From Pseudomonadota bacterium (GTDB lineage Bacteria > Bdellovibrionota > Bdellovibrionia > Bdellovibrionales > Bdellovibrionaceae): a DNA stretch of 64,000 bases. Numbering within the stretch: position 1 is the first letter of the stretch; each line of letters opens with the position of its first letter. Shown here piece by piece: positions 1 to 9,954 of the stretch. The DNA lies in contig JBEGVH010000030.1 of assembly GCA_041178425.1 (NCBI GenBank), forward strand, positions 160,001 through 224,000, in the 5' to 3' direction. Made by a program: the position numbers and the translations under genes. The notes under the pieces were generated by a model that saw only the letters and a program-made list of their open reading frames with translations, did no database searches and was not told the DNA's origin.

Positions 1-1077
1 TACGCGATCACCAGGCATAACCATTTCTACTCCAGGCTTAAGAGTTACAACACCTGTAACGTCTGTAGTTCTGAAGTAAAACTGAGGACGATAACCGTTG
101 AAGAATGGAGTGTGACGTCCGCCTTCTTCTTTTGTAAGGATATACGCTTCAGCTTTGAATTTTTTGTGAGGCTTGATTGTTCCTGGCTTAGCAAGAACTT
201 GTCCACGCTCAACGTCTTCTTTTTTAGTACCTCTCAACAAGCAACCACAGTTGTCGCCAGCTTGACCTTCATCAAGAAGCTTTCTGAACATTTCGATACC
301 AGTAACTGTAGTCTTCTGAGTTGGACGAATACCAACGATTTCGACGTCTTCGTTGATCTTGATGATACCACGCTCGATACGACCAGTTACAACAGTTCCA
401 CGACCAGAGATCGAGAAAACGTCTTCAATTGGCATAAGGAATGTTTTATCAACAGCACGAGCTGGAGTTGGAATGTAGCTATCAACTGCATCCATAAGCT
501 TCTTGATTGAAGGACGACCCAAATCAGAAGTATCACCTTCAAGCGCCTTAAGAGCAGAACCTTTAACGATAGGGATCTGATCACCAGGGAAATCGTATTT
601 AGAAAGAAGTTCACGAACTTCTAACTCAACAAGCTCAAGAAGTTCAGCGTCTTGAACCATATCAACTTTGTTCAAGAAAACAACAAGAGCAGGAACACCT
701 ACTTGACGAGCAAGAAGGATGTGCTCACGAGTTTGTGGCATAGGACCATCTGCTGCTGAAACAACAAGGATGGCACCATCCATTTGCGCTGCACCAGTGA
801 TCATGTTTTTTACGTAGTCAGCGTGACCTGGACAGTCAACGTGAGCGTAGTGACGCTTATCAGTTTCATACTCAACGTGAGAAGTAGAGATCGTGATTCC
901 ACGCTCTTTTTCTTCAGGCGCCTTATCGATTTGATCGTAAGCAAGAGCCTGAGCCTTACCCTCTACCGCTAAGCTAGTTGTGATAGCTGCAGTCAAAGTT
1001 GTTTTACCATGGTCAACGTGTCCGATCGTACCAATGTTTACGTGTGGCTTCGAACGGTTAAATTTCTCCTTGGACAT
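1..1077 (-). CDS. tuf: Elongation factor Tu (3' end lies outside the window; missing from the ORF track)
   Basis: Minus strand reads [29 protein letters not shown]...[21 protein letters not shown]...[23 protein letters not shown] upstream. Confidence 0.99.
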   Translation of the reverse strand, partial: MSKEKFNRSKPHVNIGTIGHVDHGKTTLTAAITTSLAVEGKAQALAYDQIDKAPEEKERGITISTSHVEYETDKRHYAHVDCPGHADYVKNMITGAAQMDGAILVVSAADGPMPQTREHILLARQVGVPALVVFLNKVDMVQDAELLELVELEVRELLSKYDFPGDQIPIVKGSALKALEGDTSDLGRPSIKKLMDAVDSYIPTPARAVDKTFLMPIEDVFSISGRGTVVTGRIERGIIKINEDVEIVGIRPTQKTTVTGIEMFRKLLDEGQAGDNCGCLLRGTKKEDVERGQVLAKPGTIKPHKKFKAEAYILTKEEGGRHTPFFNGYRPQFYFRTTDVTGVVTLKPGVEMVMPGDRV

Positions 1078-1146
1078 TAATTCCTCCTAATTCAAAGAAT
1101 CTGTCTGTCTATTTTCTTTTACTCACTCAAAAATAATCTAATGTGA

Positions 1147-1221
1147 TGGAGCCCATGGCGGGAATCGAACCCGCGATCTCACCCTTACCAAGGGTGTGCT
1201 CTACCACTGAGCCACATGGGC
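1147..1221 (-). tRNA. thrT: tRNA-Thr(GGT)
   Basis: GCCCATG...anticodon arm CACCCTTGGTAAGGGTG...GGTTCGATTCC...CATGGGCTCCA; CCA encoded. Confidence 0.97.
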
Positions 1222-1281
1222 GCAACGGTTACCCCACCTATGAGGACTCATCGCGCCCTCGCAGCATGCAACCCAAAAATT

Positions 1282-1358
1282 TGGAGCGGGAGACGGGTCT
1301 CGAACCCGCAACCCTCAGCTTGGAAGGCTGATACTCTAGCCAATTGAGCTACTCCCGC
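1282..1358 (-). tRNA. glyT: tRNA-Gly(TCC)
   Basis: GCGGGAG...TCAGCCTTCCAAGCTGA...GGTTCGAGACC...CTCCCGCTCCA. Confidence 0.97.
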
Positions 1359-1390
1359 CCAGAGTCCAAAGGACTCATGTTAAAACAAAT

Positions 1391-1477
1391 TGGTGGAGAG
1401 AGTAGGATTCGAACCTACGTAGGCGCAAGACCAGCAGATTTACAGTCTGCCCCCTTTAGCCACTCGGGCATCTCTCC
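1391..1477 (-). tRNA. tyrU: tRNA-Tyr(GTA)
   Basis: GGAGAGA...GCAGACTGTAAATCTGC, long variable arm, GGTTCGAATCC, CTCTCTCCACCA. Confidence 0.97.
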
Positions 1478-1501
1478 GTTGTTCCACTTTGAATTAACAA
1501 G

Positions 1502-1577
1502 TGGAGCTGGTTATGGGACTCGAACCCGCAACCTGCTGATTACAAATCAGCTGCTCTACCAATTGAGCTAAACCAGC
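1502..1577 (-). tRNA. thrU: tRNA-Thr(TGT)
   Basis: GCTGGTT...GCTGATTTGTAATCAGC...GGTTCGAGTCC...AACCAGCTCCA. The Thr-Tyr-Gly-Thr-tuf order is the classic tufB operon. Confidence 0.95.
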
Positions 1578-1697
1578 CCTGAGACAACAACTAACCGAAA
1601 ACGACTTTTAATTTGCCGCAACCGAATTAGAATGTCGACTTAGATTTCGTGTTCTATGGAGATTTTTATTAAGAGTCAAAGGAATCTAATAAAAAAA

Positions 1698-2525
1698 TCA
1701 AACTTTTTCATTCCTAGCTTGGCTGAGGGTCTCATAGAGAGTGATCGCTGCCGCAACGGAAACATTGTAGCTTGCTGCATTATCCAGTTGAGGTATCGAC
1801 ACCAATTCGTCGCAGGAACGCTCAGTGGTCGTTCGCAACCCCTTGTCTTCAGCGCCAAGAACCCAAATGACTTTTTCGGGGAGCTTAAGCTCTGCAATGG
1901 TTTTGGTGCCACCAGCAGCCAAGCCAAATACCCAAAAACCCTTGTCTTTTAATACATTTATAGCATTTGAAAGGTTGGCAACCTCAAGAACAGGAACATG
2001 CTCCACCCCACCACAAGAAACTTTGTGCACCGTCGGCACTAAACCTACCGCGCGATCAGTGGGTAAAAGAATCGCCTCGACGCCCATCAACCAAGAGGTT
2101 CGGAGAATAGCCCCAAGATTATGGGGATCTTCCACGCCGTCTAAAGCAAGGACGATCGAACGCGTTTTACCACCCAACGACTCTAGTTCAACCCGTGGTC
2201 GCCCAGAAATTTCACAAACCACTCCTTGGTGGTGGCTTCCGATTTTATCCAGATTTTCAGGTGAACGCTCCTCAATGGTGACTCTGTATCGGCGCGCCTC
2301 ACTCATGAGATCCTGAAGATCCTTCGATGACTCCCATCCTTTTTTAACCAGTAGCCTGACAATGTCTTTTGGACGAACCTTAATGGCCTCCCTAACTGCA
2401 TGAATTCCCAGGGAAATTCTCAGACCTTGGCGCGCCGGAGAGGAACCTTCTCTCGTCGGCGAGGCCCCCCGATGACCACCGCGCTGGTTACGATTTGAGG
2501 AGTGTGAAGGACGCCGATTTCGCAT
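1698..2525 (-). CDS. rlmB: 23S rRNA (G2251-2'-O)-methyltransferase, SPOUT family
   Basis: GIHAVRE, HQGVV, LDGVEDPHNLGAILRT, LGAEDKGL, SYNVSVA motifs. Confidence 0.9.
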   Translation of the reverse strand: MRNRRPSHSSNRNQRGGHRGASPTREGSSPARQGLRISLGIHAVREAIKVRPKDIVRLLVKKGWESSKDLQDLMSEARRYRVTIEERSPENLDKIGSHHQGVVCEISGRPRVELESLGGKTRSIVLALDGVEDPHNLGAILRTSWLMGVEAILLPTDRAVGLVPTVHKVSCGGVEHVPVLEVANLSNAINVLKDKGFWVFGLAAGGTKTIAELKLPEKVIWVLGAEDKGLRTTTERSCDELVSIPQLDNAASYNVSVAAAITLYETLSQARNEKV

Positions 2526-2668
2526 GAAGATCTCCTTAGTTAGGCAGCTTTTATGTCATAAATCCTAGGCGACAACAAGAACGGCGTGACTGGCCTCTGA
2601 AGAATCTACATAATTGAACTGAATTTAAGTTCTAAAAATATTTCAAAGGACTAAAGGGGATCTGTGCG

Positions 2669-3277
2669 ATGAATAAAATCTATTTGCTGATTGGATGCTT
2701 TGTTTTTGCTGCCTGCGCCAGCTCCCCCAACAGAAATGAGAATTTTAATTTGTCTCAAGATCGGTATGAAGACCTTGTAGCCTTTTTCTCCGATCACAAT
2801 CAGCAGTACGACGGCCCATATAACATTCTCGATGTCACAGGCACACTTTTGAATTCCCATGTTATCGAAGCTCAAACGCTAAGGCAGGCCACCGTTTTTC
2901 AATGGGAACCCAGCAAATTTCAAACCGAATTAAGACAAAGACTTTCGGGAGCCCGAGGAAAGACGGAAGTTTTTGTCAGCTTTTTTACTCCCGATAGAAA
3001 GAGTTCCGACCTCACACGCGGAGAAACACTCTGGAAAACTATTTTAAAATTCGATGGAAAAGAAATCGCAGGCAAGCCTAAAAAGATAACTCTACTTCCC
3101 GTGGAGATCATGAGCCTTTATCCACAACATAGCCGGTGGAGCAATGCCTACATTATTACTTTCGAAACCCCAACTCCCGATCTGGAGAGGGTCCCAACAG
3201 AGCTCATTATCACTGGCCCTGCGGGTACAACTAATTTAAAGTTTCGACCGATAAAAGGCCCTCTCTATAAACAATAA
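2669..3277 (+). CDS. Hypothetical lipoprotein
   Basis: Lipobox (FVFAAC) after a short signal peptide; GGGG SD; 202 aa. Confidence 0.75.
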   Translation: MNKIYLLIGCFVFAACASSPNRNENFNLSQDRYEDLVAFFSDHNQQYDGPYNILDVTGTLLNSHVIEAQTLRQATVFQWEPSKFQTELRQRLSGARGKTEVFVSFFTPDRKSSDLTRGETLWKTILKFDGKEIAGKPKKITLLPVEIMSLYPQHSRWSNAYIITFETPTPDLERVPTELIITGPAGTTNLKFRPIKGPLYKQ

Positions 3278-3293
3278 GTGTTTTGCAGCAATG

Positions 3294-4598
3294 CTAAACT
3301 TTTAGATGAGCAATCATTTTCAAGTAAATTCCCTCTGGGAATGACATGATGATAGGATGATCAGGAGAGTGCCCACCCATCACAACTGATGGCATCATCA
3401 TCGACTGGCGGACCTGCGCCTTTCGCAGGATATCCCTAAAGTTATCTAACTCCATGAGTCCCGAGCATGAGCACGAGACCACCAAACCCTTAGGTGATGT
3501 TATACGAAAGGCATGAGTATTCATCTTAAGATAAGCATGCGACCCCGTTGGCAAATCTTTTTTTGCCTTGATAAACGCAGGAGGGTCAGCAATGACAATA
3601 TCGAATCCACCATCAGCAAACTGATCTAAAGAATTTAAAACATCGGCCTGATGAACAACGACTTTATCTGCTGAACCACAAACACGCTTCACGTTCATCT
3701 CTGCCAATCGAAGCGCTTCTTTTGAGATGTCTAAAAGATGAACCTCAACATTGATATTTTGTGTTTTCAAAAACCGAACAAGCTGCGTAGACCAATGTCC
3801 GACATAACAACAAAGATCTAGAATTCGTATTTTTTTGTTCGCCATCGAGGGCAATGTTGATCTTTTAAGGTATTCAAGAATGTCAAAAATATTGCCCCTT
3901 TGATCAAGAAAGAAGCCCGTCTTTTGCCCCCCTTCAAGATCAACGGTCATCCAAACCGGGTCGGACTGCTCAGGAGAATCAATTGCGATTTCAATCTCTT
4001 TCAAACCCACCGGCATCTTATTTACTAAAACAACTGGCTCCTCAACCTGTAGCCCCTCCAGCTTGCGGATATTAACATCATTTCGAATAACAATGGCCAG
4101 TTGATGGCCGTCAAAAGAAGTAAGCCCCTCCTGCCTTGCCCTTTCTAGGAGTAAGGAGAAAACCGACTCCGCAATGGAGTGTAGGTTCTTTTGCATTCCT
4201 GCCGTCAACAATTGGACCGCAAAAACGACTCCCGTCTTTGTGATATAGCGATCAACAATCAATCCGGGCATACCATCCGCTTCACCATAACAAAGTCTAA
4301 AACTTTGCTGCAGCCCCGATAGAGATCTCACCTTCCAAGCCCTCATGAGCCTATTAACAAAAAAATCAGGTGATAAAATTTCTTTCTCCCCCTCACTCCA
4401 ACTGACGGCCCTAAACGCAATAAGAGAATGAGGGTTACCATATCCTCTTGCGAGAAAATGACCCTTTTGATCGACCATTTCTACGAGTTCACCAGGAATC
4501 AGCCCCTTTGGGCTCGACATTAATTCATTAGAAAACACCCACGGATGCCCTGAACGTAAACGACGATCATCGCCTTTTTTAAGAACCCATCTAATCAT
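3294..4598 (-). CDS. rlmI: RlmI-like class I SAM-dependent rRNA methyltransferase
   Basis: PUA-like N-terminus (GHPWVFSNE), GEADGMPGLIVDRY, GQKTGFFLDQR, DPPAF, SCSCS. Confidence 0.85.
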   Translation of the reverse strand: MIRWVLKKGDDRRLRSGHPWVFSNELMSSPKGLIPGELVEMVDQKGHFLARGYGNPHSLIAFRAVSWSEGEKEILSPDFFVNRLMRAWKVRSLSGLQQSFRLCYGEADGMPGLIVDRYITKTGVVFAVQLLTAGMQKNLHSIAESVFSLLLERARQEGLTSFDGHQLAIVIRNDVNIRKLEGLQVEEPVVLVNKMPVGLKEIEIAIDSPEQSDPVWMTVDLEGGQKTGFFLDQRGNIFDILEYLKRSTLPSMANKKIRILDLCCYVGHWSTQLVRFLKTQNINVEVHLLDISKEALRLAEMNVKRVCGSADKVVVHQADVLNSLDQFADGGFDIVIADPPAFIKAKKDLPTGSHAYLKMNTHAFRITSPKGLVVSCSCSGLMELDNFRDILRKAQVRQSMMMPSVVMGGHSPDHPIIMSFPEGIYLKMIAHLKV

Positions 4599-4626
4599 AT
4601 GAAAATACCAACCATTTTTTTGAGAA

Positions 4627-5748
4627 TTATTGAACCCACTTTAAAGCCAACCACAGCGTACGCTGAGCAGAGATAAAATTATCGTCGCTAACGACAAGTA
4701 GTGTTTTTTGACCTTTTACTTCAGGTCCCCAGGCAAGTCCTTCAAAATTATCTAAACCTTTACCGTCTGCCATCTTCTCTTTGATGGTATCAAAGTTGAA
4801 GAGTAGCGCTTTAGAGAGGGTCTTTTGAGGCTTAGAAGCCGCAGAAACCCGAACCGAAGTTTGGTAGAGCTTGATATCATAATTCACTTGAAGGCCATTA
4901 GTATGGGCCGCTCTTTCCATAACAATAAGTTCGGTGTCACTGATGGCCAGAATCTCAGAACAACCCTGCCCTAAAACGACAGATCCGCCACTCGGCACAG
5001 ATACAGCATCAATCGGGTACATCCACTCGCCATCTAATTGCCACCCCTCCTTGCTCTTCTTAAATCGAAGGAGCCTGGTTTCGCCAGCATCGCCCTGTTG
5101 CCACTTTTTGTGATCTTGAAGAAGGGGTTGCTCGGCGAGAGCCCAAAGGTATTGCCCACTCGGAGAAAGACTCAATCCTTCGAAGGAGCCATTTGATCGG
5201 ACGCCCGTCTTTTGCTTTCCTGTTTTTTCTGGATTAAAGAGTTCGGGAAGTTTAATTTGCCCGATTTGAATGCCGTTTGCACTGAATGCAATCAAGCTCG
5301 GCATGGTTCGAGGTTTATGATCGAGCAAACCTTCGTTTGAAATTATAAATGAATCTTGTTGGGCAACTATTCCTTCTAAGTCTAGGGTCTTTTTTAAAAA
5401 GGGATTCCCTTTTTCATCTTTCAGAAATAAAGTCTTTATGGGAATTATTGAAAGCTCTTTTTCATTCAGTTGAACGTTAAATCCAACAACCCTAAGTTCT
5501 CCGTAAGTTCCCTTGTCATCACTGACGGCCCAATACAACCCGTCTTTAAAAGCCAATCCCGAAAGCCCACCGATACGGGAGTTGAAGAAGGGTGTTGCCG
5601 TATTGAGAACATAGGAATGCAAATATTCAATTGTTGCAGCCTCTCCATGCAGCCGGAAAGACAAAAGGGCACTAATAAAAAAAAGAAAACGAAGCAGTGG
5701 AACCACCGCTTGTGATGATTTTTGTTTTGAATCATTTAAAATATTCAT
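4627..5748 (-). CDS. Esterase-like activity of phytase family protein (secreted)
   Basis: GGLSGL, WAVSDD, LDLEGI, NGSFEGL, LDNFEGLAWGP, LVVSDDNF...QRT motifs. Confidence 0.85.
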   Translation of the reverse strand: MNILNDSKQKSSQAVVPLLRFLFFISALLSFRLHGEAATIEYLHSYVLNTATPFFNSRIGGLSGLAFKDGLYWAVSDDKGTYGELRVVGFNVQLNEKELSIIPIKTLFLKDEKGNPFLKKTLDLEGIVAQQDSFIISNEGLLDHKPRTMPSLIAFSANGIQIGQIKLPELFNPEKTGKQKTGVRSNGSFEGLSLSPSGQYLWALAEQPLLQDHKKWQQGDAGETRLLRFKKSKEGWQLDGEWMYPIDAVSVPSGGSVVLGQGCSEILAISDTELIVMERAAHTNGLQVNYDIKLYQTSVRVSAASKPQKTLSKALLFNFDTIKEKMADGKGLDNFEGLAWGPEVKGQKTLLVVSDDNFISAQRTLWLALKWVQ

Positions 5749-6609
5749 CTATTTTAAATGATCCGCTCTCAATTGTGCTAAGGTCAAGGTGTTCTCAAGA
5801 AGGCAGGCAATCGTCATTGGTCCAACCCCACCTGGCACTGGTGTGACAGCAGACACCCAACCTTCAAGCTCTTGAAAACGAACGTCTCCCGTGACACCCT
5901 TACCCTGTCCGGAACCGTGAATACCTACGTCAACAACAACGGCTCCTTGTTTAAAATCTTCTCGTCCTAAAAGGTGGCGCTGCCCGGCTGCCACAATAAC
6001 GATGTCTGCATGGCGCGTGATCTCGCTCATATTTGCCGTTCGACTATGACATACGGTGACTGTTCCATCGGCCATGGTTAAGAGATGAGCCATCGGCCGG
6101 CCGACTATTTGACTACGCCCTACCACCACGCAGTTTTTACCCTTAATTGGAATCTTATAATGTTCGAGGATTTTCATAACTCCCCATGGGGTGCACGGAG
6201 CAACTCGTTTTCGGTTGGCCCAAAGGTACCCAAGATTCACAGGATGCAGTCCGTCGGCATCCTTCATCGGGTCAATCGCATCAAGAGCTTTATCTGAGGA
6301 TAAATGTTTTGGAAGTGGCATCTGCACCAGAAAGGCATCGACCAGTTGATTTTTATTCATCGCCTCAATACCCTTTAAAAGCTCAGCCTCCGTTGCATTC
6401 TCGGGCAAGTCCATTTTTTCGGAGTAAAAATTAACGGTAGCGCAGGCTAATTCTTTGTTTCGCACATAAACATGACTTGCGGGATCATCTCCAACAATGA
6501 TGACCCCCAATCCCGGCCGACGGCCTACTTTTTTTTCAAACTCCAGGGCTGCACTAGCCACTTGAGATTTTACCGCTTGTGCAACCTGTTTTCCGTCTAA
6601 AATTAACAT
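5749..6609 (-). CDS. folD: Bifunctional methylene-THF dehydrogenase/cyclohydrolase
   Basis: DPASHVYVRNK, KDADGLHP, PCTPWG, GRSQIVGRP, TPVPGGVGPMT. Confidence 0.97.
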   Translation of the reverse strand: MLILDGKQVAQAVKSQVASAALEFEKKVGRRPGLGVIIVGDDPASHVYVRNKELACATVNFYSEKMDLPENATEAELLKGIEAMNKNQLVDAFLVQMPLPKHLSSDKALDAIDPMKDADGLHPVNLGYLWANRKRVAPCTPWGVMKILEHYKIPIKGKNCVVVGRSQIVGRPMAHLLTMADGTVTVCHSRTANMSEITRHADIVIVAAGQRHLLGREDFKQGAVVVDVGIHGSGQGKGVTGDVRFQELEGWVSAVTPVPGGVGPMTIACLLENTLTLAQLRADHLK

Positions 6610-6742
6610 CCTAGCTCCCTCGTCTGATGGATGCAGGATTGATACTGGGGAACCTTAATCATTGCAAATAAACATCCGAGTTGACCCGCTTGATCTATTG
6701 CATTAATTGTGAGGGATAGAAATTCAGCATTTTGGAGGTCCT

Positions 6743-7021
6743 ATGGCGGATAAAGTAAAGCTCTCGAAGGATGGTAGTTCGATCGATTTCGTACAATCTG
6801 AGAGTGTTCCAACCTCCATTAAAAAGTTCCGCCAAAGTCCGGAGATCGAAGGTTTTTACCGTTTCATCTATGAAAATGACCTGCAAAAAGAAGCGTTTGA
6901 TATCTTGGATCGTATTGTCACCGGTCGCAAACAAAAGAAACTTAAAGACACCAAGGCGGCCATCGCTGAAACTAAGGTCAAAGACGACAAGTCGGTAAAG
7001 GTCCGTCCAAAATCCAAATAA
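6743..7021 (+). CDS. Small hypothetical protein with Lys-rich C-terminal tail
   Basis: GGAGG SD; 92-aa ORF divergent from folD. Confidence 0.75.
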   Translation: MADKVKLSKDGSSIDFVQSESVPTSIKKFRQSPEIEGFYRFIYENDLQKEAFDILDRIVTGRKQKKLKDTKAAIAETKVKDDKSVKVRPKSK

Positions 7022-7079
7022 CGGAAACCTCGGACACCAAATCCTTGCTCAATCGTTTTGAGCTGGTATCGAAATTTGC

Positions 7080-7115
7080 AAAATCCCCCTGCACAACCAA
7101 CAGGGGGATTTTTTT
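7080..7115 (+). terminator. Intrinsic terminator-like hairpin ending directly before the flp start codon
   Basis: AAAATCCCCCTG-9nt-CAGGGGGATTTT plus TTT, then ATG at 7116. Confidence 0.7.
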
Positions 7116-7367
7116 ATGCAAACGATTTCCAACCAAAAAGGCCAATCACTGATTGAGTACCTTATCATTGTAGCTCTTGTGGCCATTGCCACCATTGGCA
7201 TGGTAAAAGTCGTAGGAACCAATATTAATGTTCACTTTGCCAATATCGCCAAAGCACTCGGTGGCGACCACAATGAACTCAAACCCATAAAAATTCAGTC
7301 CAACCAAGTAGAAACGCGCGACTTAGGAGACTATATGCGAGGAGCAAGTGGTGGCCCTCGCAAATGA
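7116..7367 (+). CDS. flp: Flp family type IVb pilin
   Basis: NQKG|QSLIEYLIIVALVAI: Flp cleavage site with E5-Y6 and a hydrophobic helix. Confidence 0.9.
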   Translation: MQTISNQKGQSLIEYLIIVALVAIATIGMVKVVGTNINVHFANIAKALGGDHNELKPIKIQSNQVETRDLGDYMRGASGGPRK

Positions 7368-7735
7368 TAAATCCGCAGAGGAACTCCAGGGGGCAAAGTC
7401 TGATAGAAACGATTGTTGTGCTCCCGGTGCTAATGACTTTGTTCTCGGTCTTTTTATTATTTATTTACGAACAGATCATTACTCAAATGACGGAGCAAAT
7501 CCTGCACGAAGCAATTATTTGCGACGCCACCCTCGGAGAGGGAGGCTGCCTCATTCAAGCCACGTCAAAAGCTAATGCCTCTAATTTTTTAGCCACTGTT
7601 TTGGTTGTAAAAAATAGAAACGCGTATGTTGCCACTATCTTTATAAGGGGAACCTGGAAATGGAAAACCATTATGATCGAAAATACAAAAGTAATTCAAA
7701 AGCCAAACACGAGGGTTTTATCTTGGTTTGGCTGA
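7364..7735 (+). CDS. TadE-like pseudopilin
   Basis: NSRG|QSLIETIVVLPVL motif; ATGA overlap with flp. Confidence 0.8.
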   Translation: MINPQRNSRGQSLIETIVVLPVLMTLFSVFLLFIYEQIITQMTEQILHEAIICDATLGEGGCLIQATSKANASNFLATVLVVKNRNAYVATIFIRGTWKWKTIMIENTKVIQKPNTRVLSWFG

Positions 7736-8430
7736 TAGGCTTTTTACCGCTCTTTTTTACTGCATTCACGTTGCTGTACACGACGACCACACAAATTGAA
7801 TTAAAAAGTGTTTTGCACCAAACATGTCGCACCGAACTTTTGAAGATTCAAGAAACGGCCGCGCATCATATTCAATCTCTAATGGCTGTGAATAAGCTTG
7901 TGGATATTGCGAACTGGGCTCAATTTTTAACCGCCCTTTCAACGATAATTCTGATCCCCTTTCCATTTCTTGCACCTATCGTAGAAACCATCTTTCTAAA
8001 AACAAAATCGGTGAGAGAAGCTATTCCTCTTATACAAAAAGCGATTATTACGAACTTGCGGGTCACACTAACAAACGGCCTATGGCAGACCCAGAGGAAG
8101 CTACAGTTGATCATTAAAAATTACAAAAATAAAACGTCGGCACTTTGGCTGATCGAGCGAGCTCAGGTGATTGGAATTCCGCCGCTGAGCCTAGCGATCG
8201 AGGCCGAATCACCTCGTTCTGGGCTCAGTAAATACCGCTTGAAAAAAAATTTCTCTCATCTTCAGAGCCTTACCTTAAGTTGGAACTATTCAACCGCTCG
8301 CCACTCGCTCTTTCACACATTGGCTGGCTGGAACCAGAGTTTTTCAGGGCAATGTTCTGCAACTCTTGAACAGGAGGAACCATGGAATGCCGTTCTTTAC
8401 GCGGACAAGTTCTCATTGAAACCCTTGTAA
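7660..8430 (+). CDS. Large pilin-like (TadG-like) membrane protein
   Basis: KHEG|FILVWLIG followed by a hydrophobic helix; inside the pilin cluster. Confidence 0.55.
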   Translation: MENHYDRKYKSNSKAKHEGFILVWLIGFLPLFFTAFTLLYTTTTQIELKSVLHQTCRTELLKIQETAAHHIQSLMAVNKLVDIANWAQFLTALSTIILIPFPFLAPIVETIFLKTKSVREAIPLIQKAIITNLRVTLTNGLWQTQRKLQLIIKNYKNKTSALWLIERAQVIGIPPLSLAIEAESPRSGLSKYRLKKNFSHLQSLTLSWNYSTARHSLFHTLAGWNQSFSGQCSATLEQEEPWNAVLYADKFSLKPL

Positions 8431-8606
8431 CAATAATACTGTTTTTATCATTAACCGGATTTTTATGGACGCAACTGAATAGCCATCAAAAGAGAGTTCG
8501 AAAAAACTACCCTCACCACCTGGTTAAAAATGGAAATAAACAAAATGATCAAAAAAATAAAAGAAACAATTCTTCATCCACAAAAACCTTACTGGGTGCT
8601 GATTAG
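8382..8606 (+). CDS. Small TadE-like pseudopilin
   Basis: SLRG|QVLIETLVTIILFL; overlaps both neighbours. Confidence 0.6.
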   Translation: MECRSLRGQVLIETLVTIILFLSLTGFLWTQLNSHQKRVRKNYPHHLVKNGNKQNDQKNKRNNSSSTKTLLGAD

Positions 8607-9054
8607 CCTGTTTTTTATGGGGCTTGCGCTAATGGTGGCTCAAGAAAAAAGTCTGCCGAAACCCAAAGGAGGTAGTGCATCTATTACAAGCGTAGACACC
8701 TACATTCCCTCGGGCCATGTTTTGGTCACGCTTCAATTAATCAATAGTGAATCGATCGATGGGTTGATCGGTGACTACGGTTTAGTTGATCTCTACGAGG
8801 CCGTTGCGACATCGTCTGAGGAATCTAAAAAACGCGCTAAACCTCTGGCGCGTCGACTCAAAATTATTAGAGCACCAAATAATCCTGCGCTTTTTGGTGT
8901 TTTAATCAAGGAAACCGAAACTCAAATCATTCAAAAACTTTCAGCACCAGTCTTCGCCGTCATACAAGACCCCGCTTCGGAGGATCTAATGCCTAGAACG
9001 CCGCCGAAAAAGGAGGGAAACACGCGCCTAATTCACTACGGAGAAGCTTTATGA
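8530..9054 (+). CDS. Divergent CpaB/RcpC-like protein (N-terminal TM, no obvious SAF domain)
   Basis: IPSGHVLVTLQL...IDGLIGDYGLVDLY resembles the CpaB C-terminal region; Tad context. Confidence 0.55.
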   Translation: MEINKMIKKIKETILHPQKPYWVLISLFFMGLALMVAQEKSLPKPKGGSASITSVDTYIPSGHVLVTLQLINSESIDGLIGDYGLVDLYEAVATSSEESKKRAKPLARRLKIIRAPNNPALFGVLIKETETQIIQKLSAPVFAVIQDPASEDLMPRTPPKKEGNTRLIHYGEAL

Positions 9055-9938
9055 TTTTTCAGTTAATTTTGATTTTATGTATTTTTAACGTCACGCTGTT
9101 GGCGGCAGCCCAAACAGCTGTGGTTATGAGCTCAGAGAATACGCCCCCCGAAGAGATACAGACGCTTCTCGACACCAACAAAAATTATGTATCATTGATT
9201 GATTACTTAAAGGTAACAACTGGAGTTCCAAATTCAGATGTCATCGACCAAGCACACGATCTCGTAAGCGATAAAGGGGAAAACCATCTTTCGAACCCCC
9301 ATCGAGCTCATGTACTGATTCAGTCTTTAACTTCTGGTTATCTCAGTCCGATAAAAAAATCTCTCCTTCAAAAAATTTTACAAAAAACAAATTCGAAAGT
9401 CGTATTCCGAGGAGATTTCTCATCGCCAATAACCGCCGAGGGTATATCTGAACGCATCCACGCAAATAAAGTAATTCAAAAACGTAGCGACGATGAAATC
9501 TTTATTAATGGTGTTCAACTAAGCCACAGTGAACTCGCCAAAGTTACCTTTGCCTCCGAATATTTTTATCACATCGCCTATCTTTCAAATACTTATGAAC
9601 CCGTTTTTCTCTGGGCACGAGGCGACCAGATCCCTGAGATAAAACTGGCCCCGCTCATTGAAGGGTCTTGTGAGAATTTCCGATACTCCAAGCCGGTTAG
9701 TCTTGAGATAAACGAGCTCGGGCTATTTCCAAAGGGATGCCTCAAGCTCATCACAAAAGCACCAATGGGCAATATTGAAGGGAACAAAATGTATTTTAAC
9801 CGCATTGAGGCCCCGGAGCTAAAGCGTGAATTAACCCTCCCCCATCGGACTTGGATATTTGGTGGACTGGCTCTCTTAATGATAGCAACTCATGAATTGA
9901 GAAAAGAATATGACATTCAATTGAGGTGGAATTTTTAG
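9051..9938 (+). CDS. Hypothetical exported protein
   Basis: Signal peptide; hydrophobic segment near the C-terminus; ends in ...LRWNF; ATGA overlap with the upstream gene. Confidence 0.65.
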   Translation: MIFQLILILCIFNVTLLAAAQTAVVMSSENTPPEEIQTLLDTNKNYVSLIDYLKVTTGVPNSDVIDQAHDLVSDKGENHLSNPHRAHVLIQSLTSGYLSPIKKSLLQKILQKTNSKVVFRGDFSSPITAEGISERIHANKVIQKRSDDEIFINGVQLSHSELAKVTFASEYFYHIAYLSNTYEPVFLWARGDQIPEIKLAPLIEGSCENFRYSKPVSLEINELGLFPKGCLKLITKAPMGNIEGNKMYFNRIEAPELKRELTLPHRTWIFGGLALLMIATHELRKEYDIQLRWNF

Positions 9939-9954
9939 CAAGTCAGAGAATCTA

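Noticed and set aside
112..1571. Short ORFs over tuf and the tRNA cluster
   Set aside because: Shadow frames of tuf and translations of tRNA genes.
7064..7080. Sigma54-like TGGTATCGAAATTTGCA upstream of flp
   Set aside because: GG-to-GC spacing is 11 nt; sigma54 requires 10.
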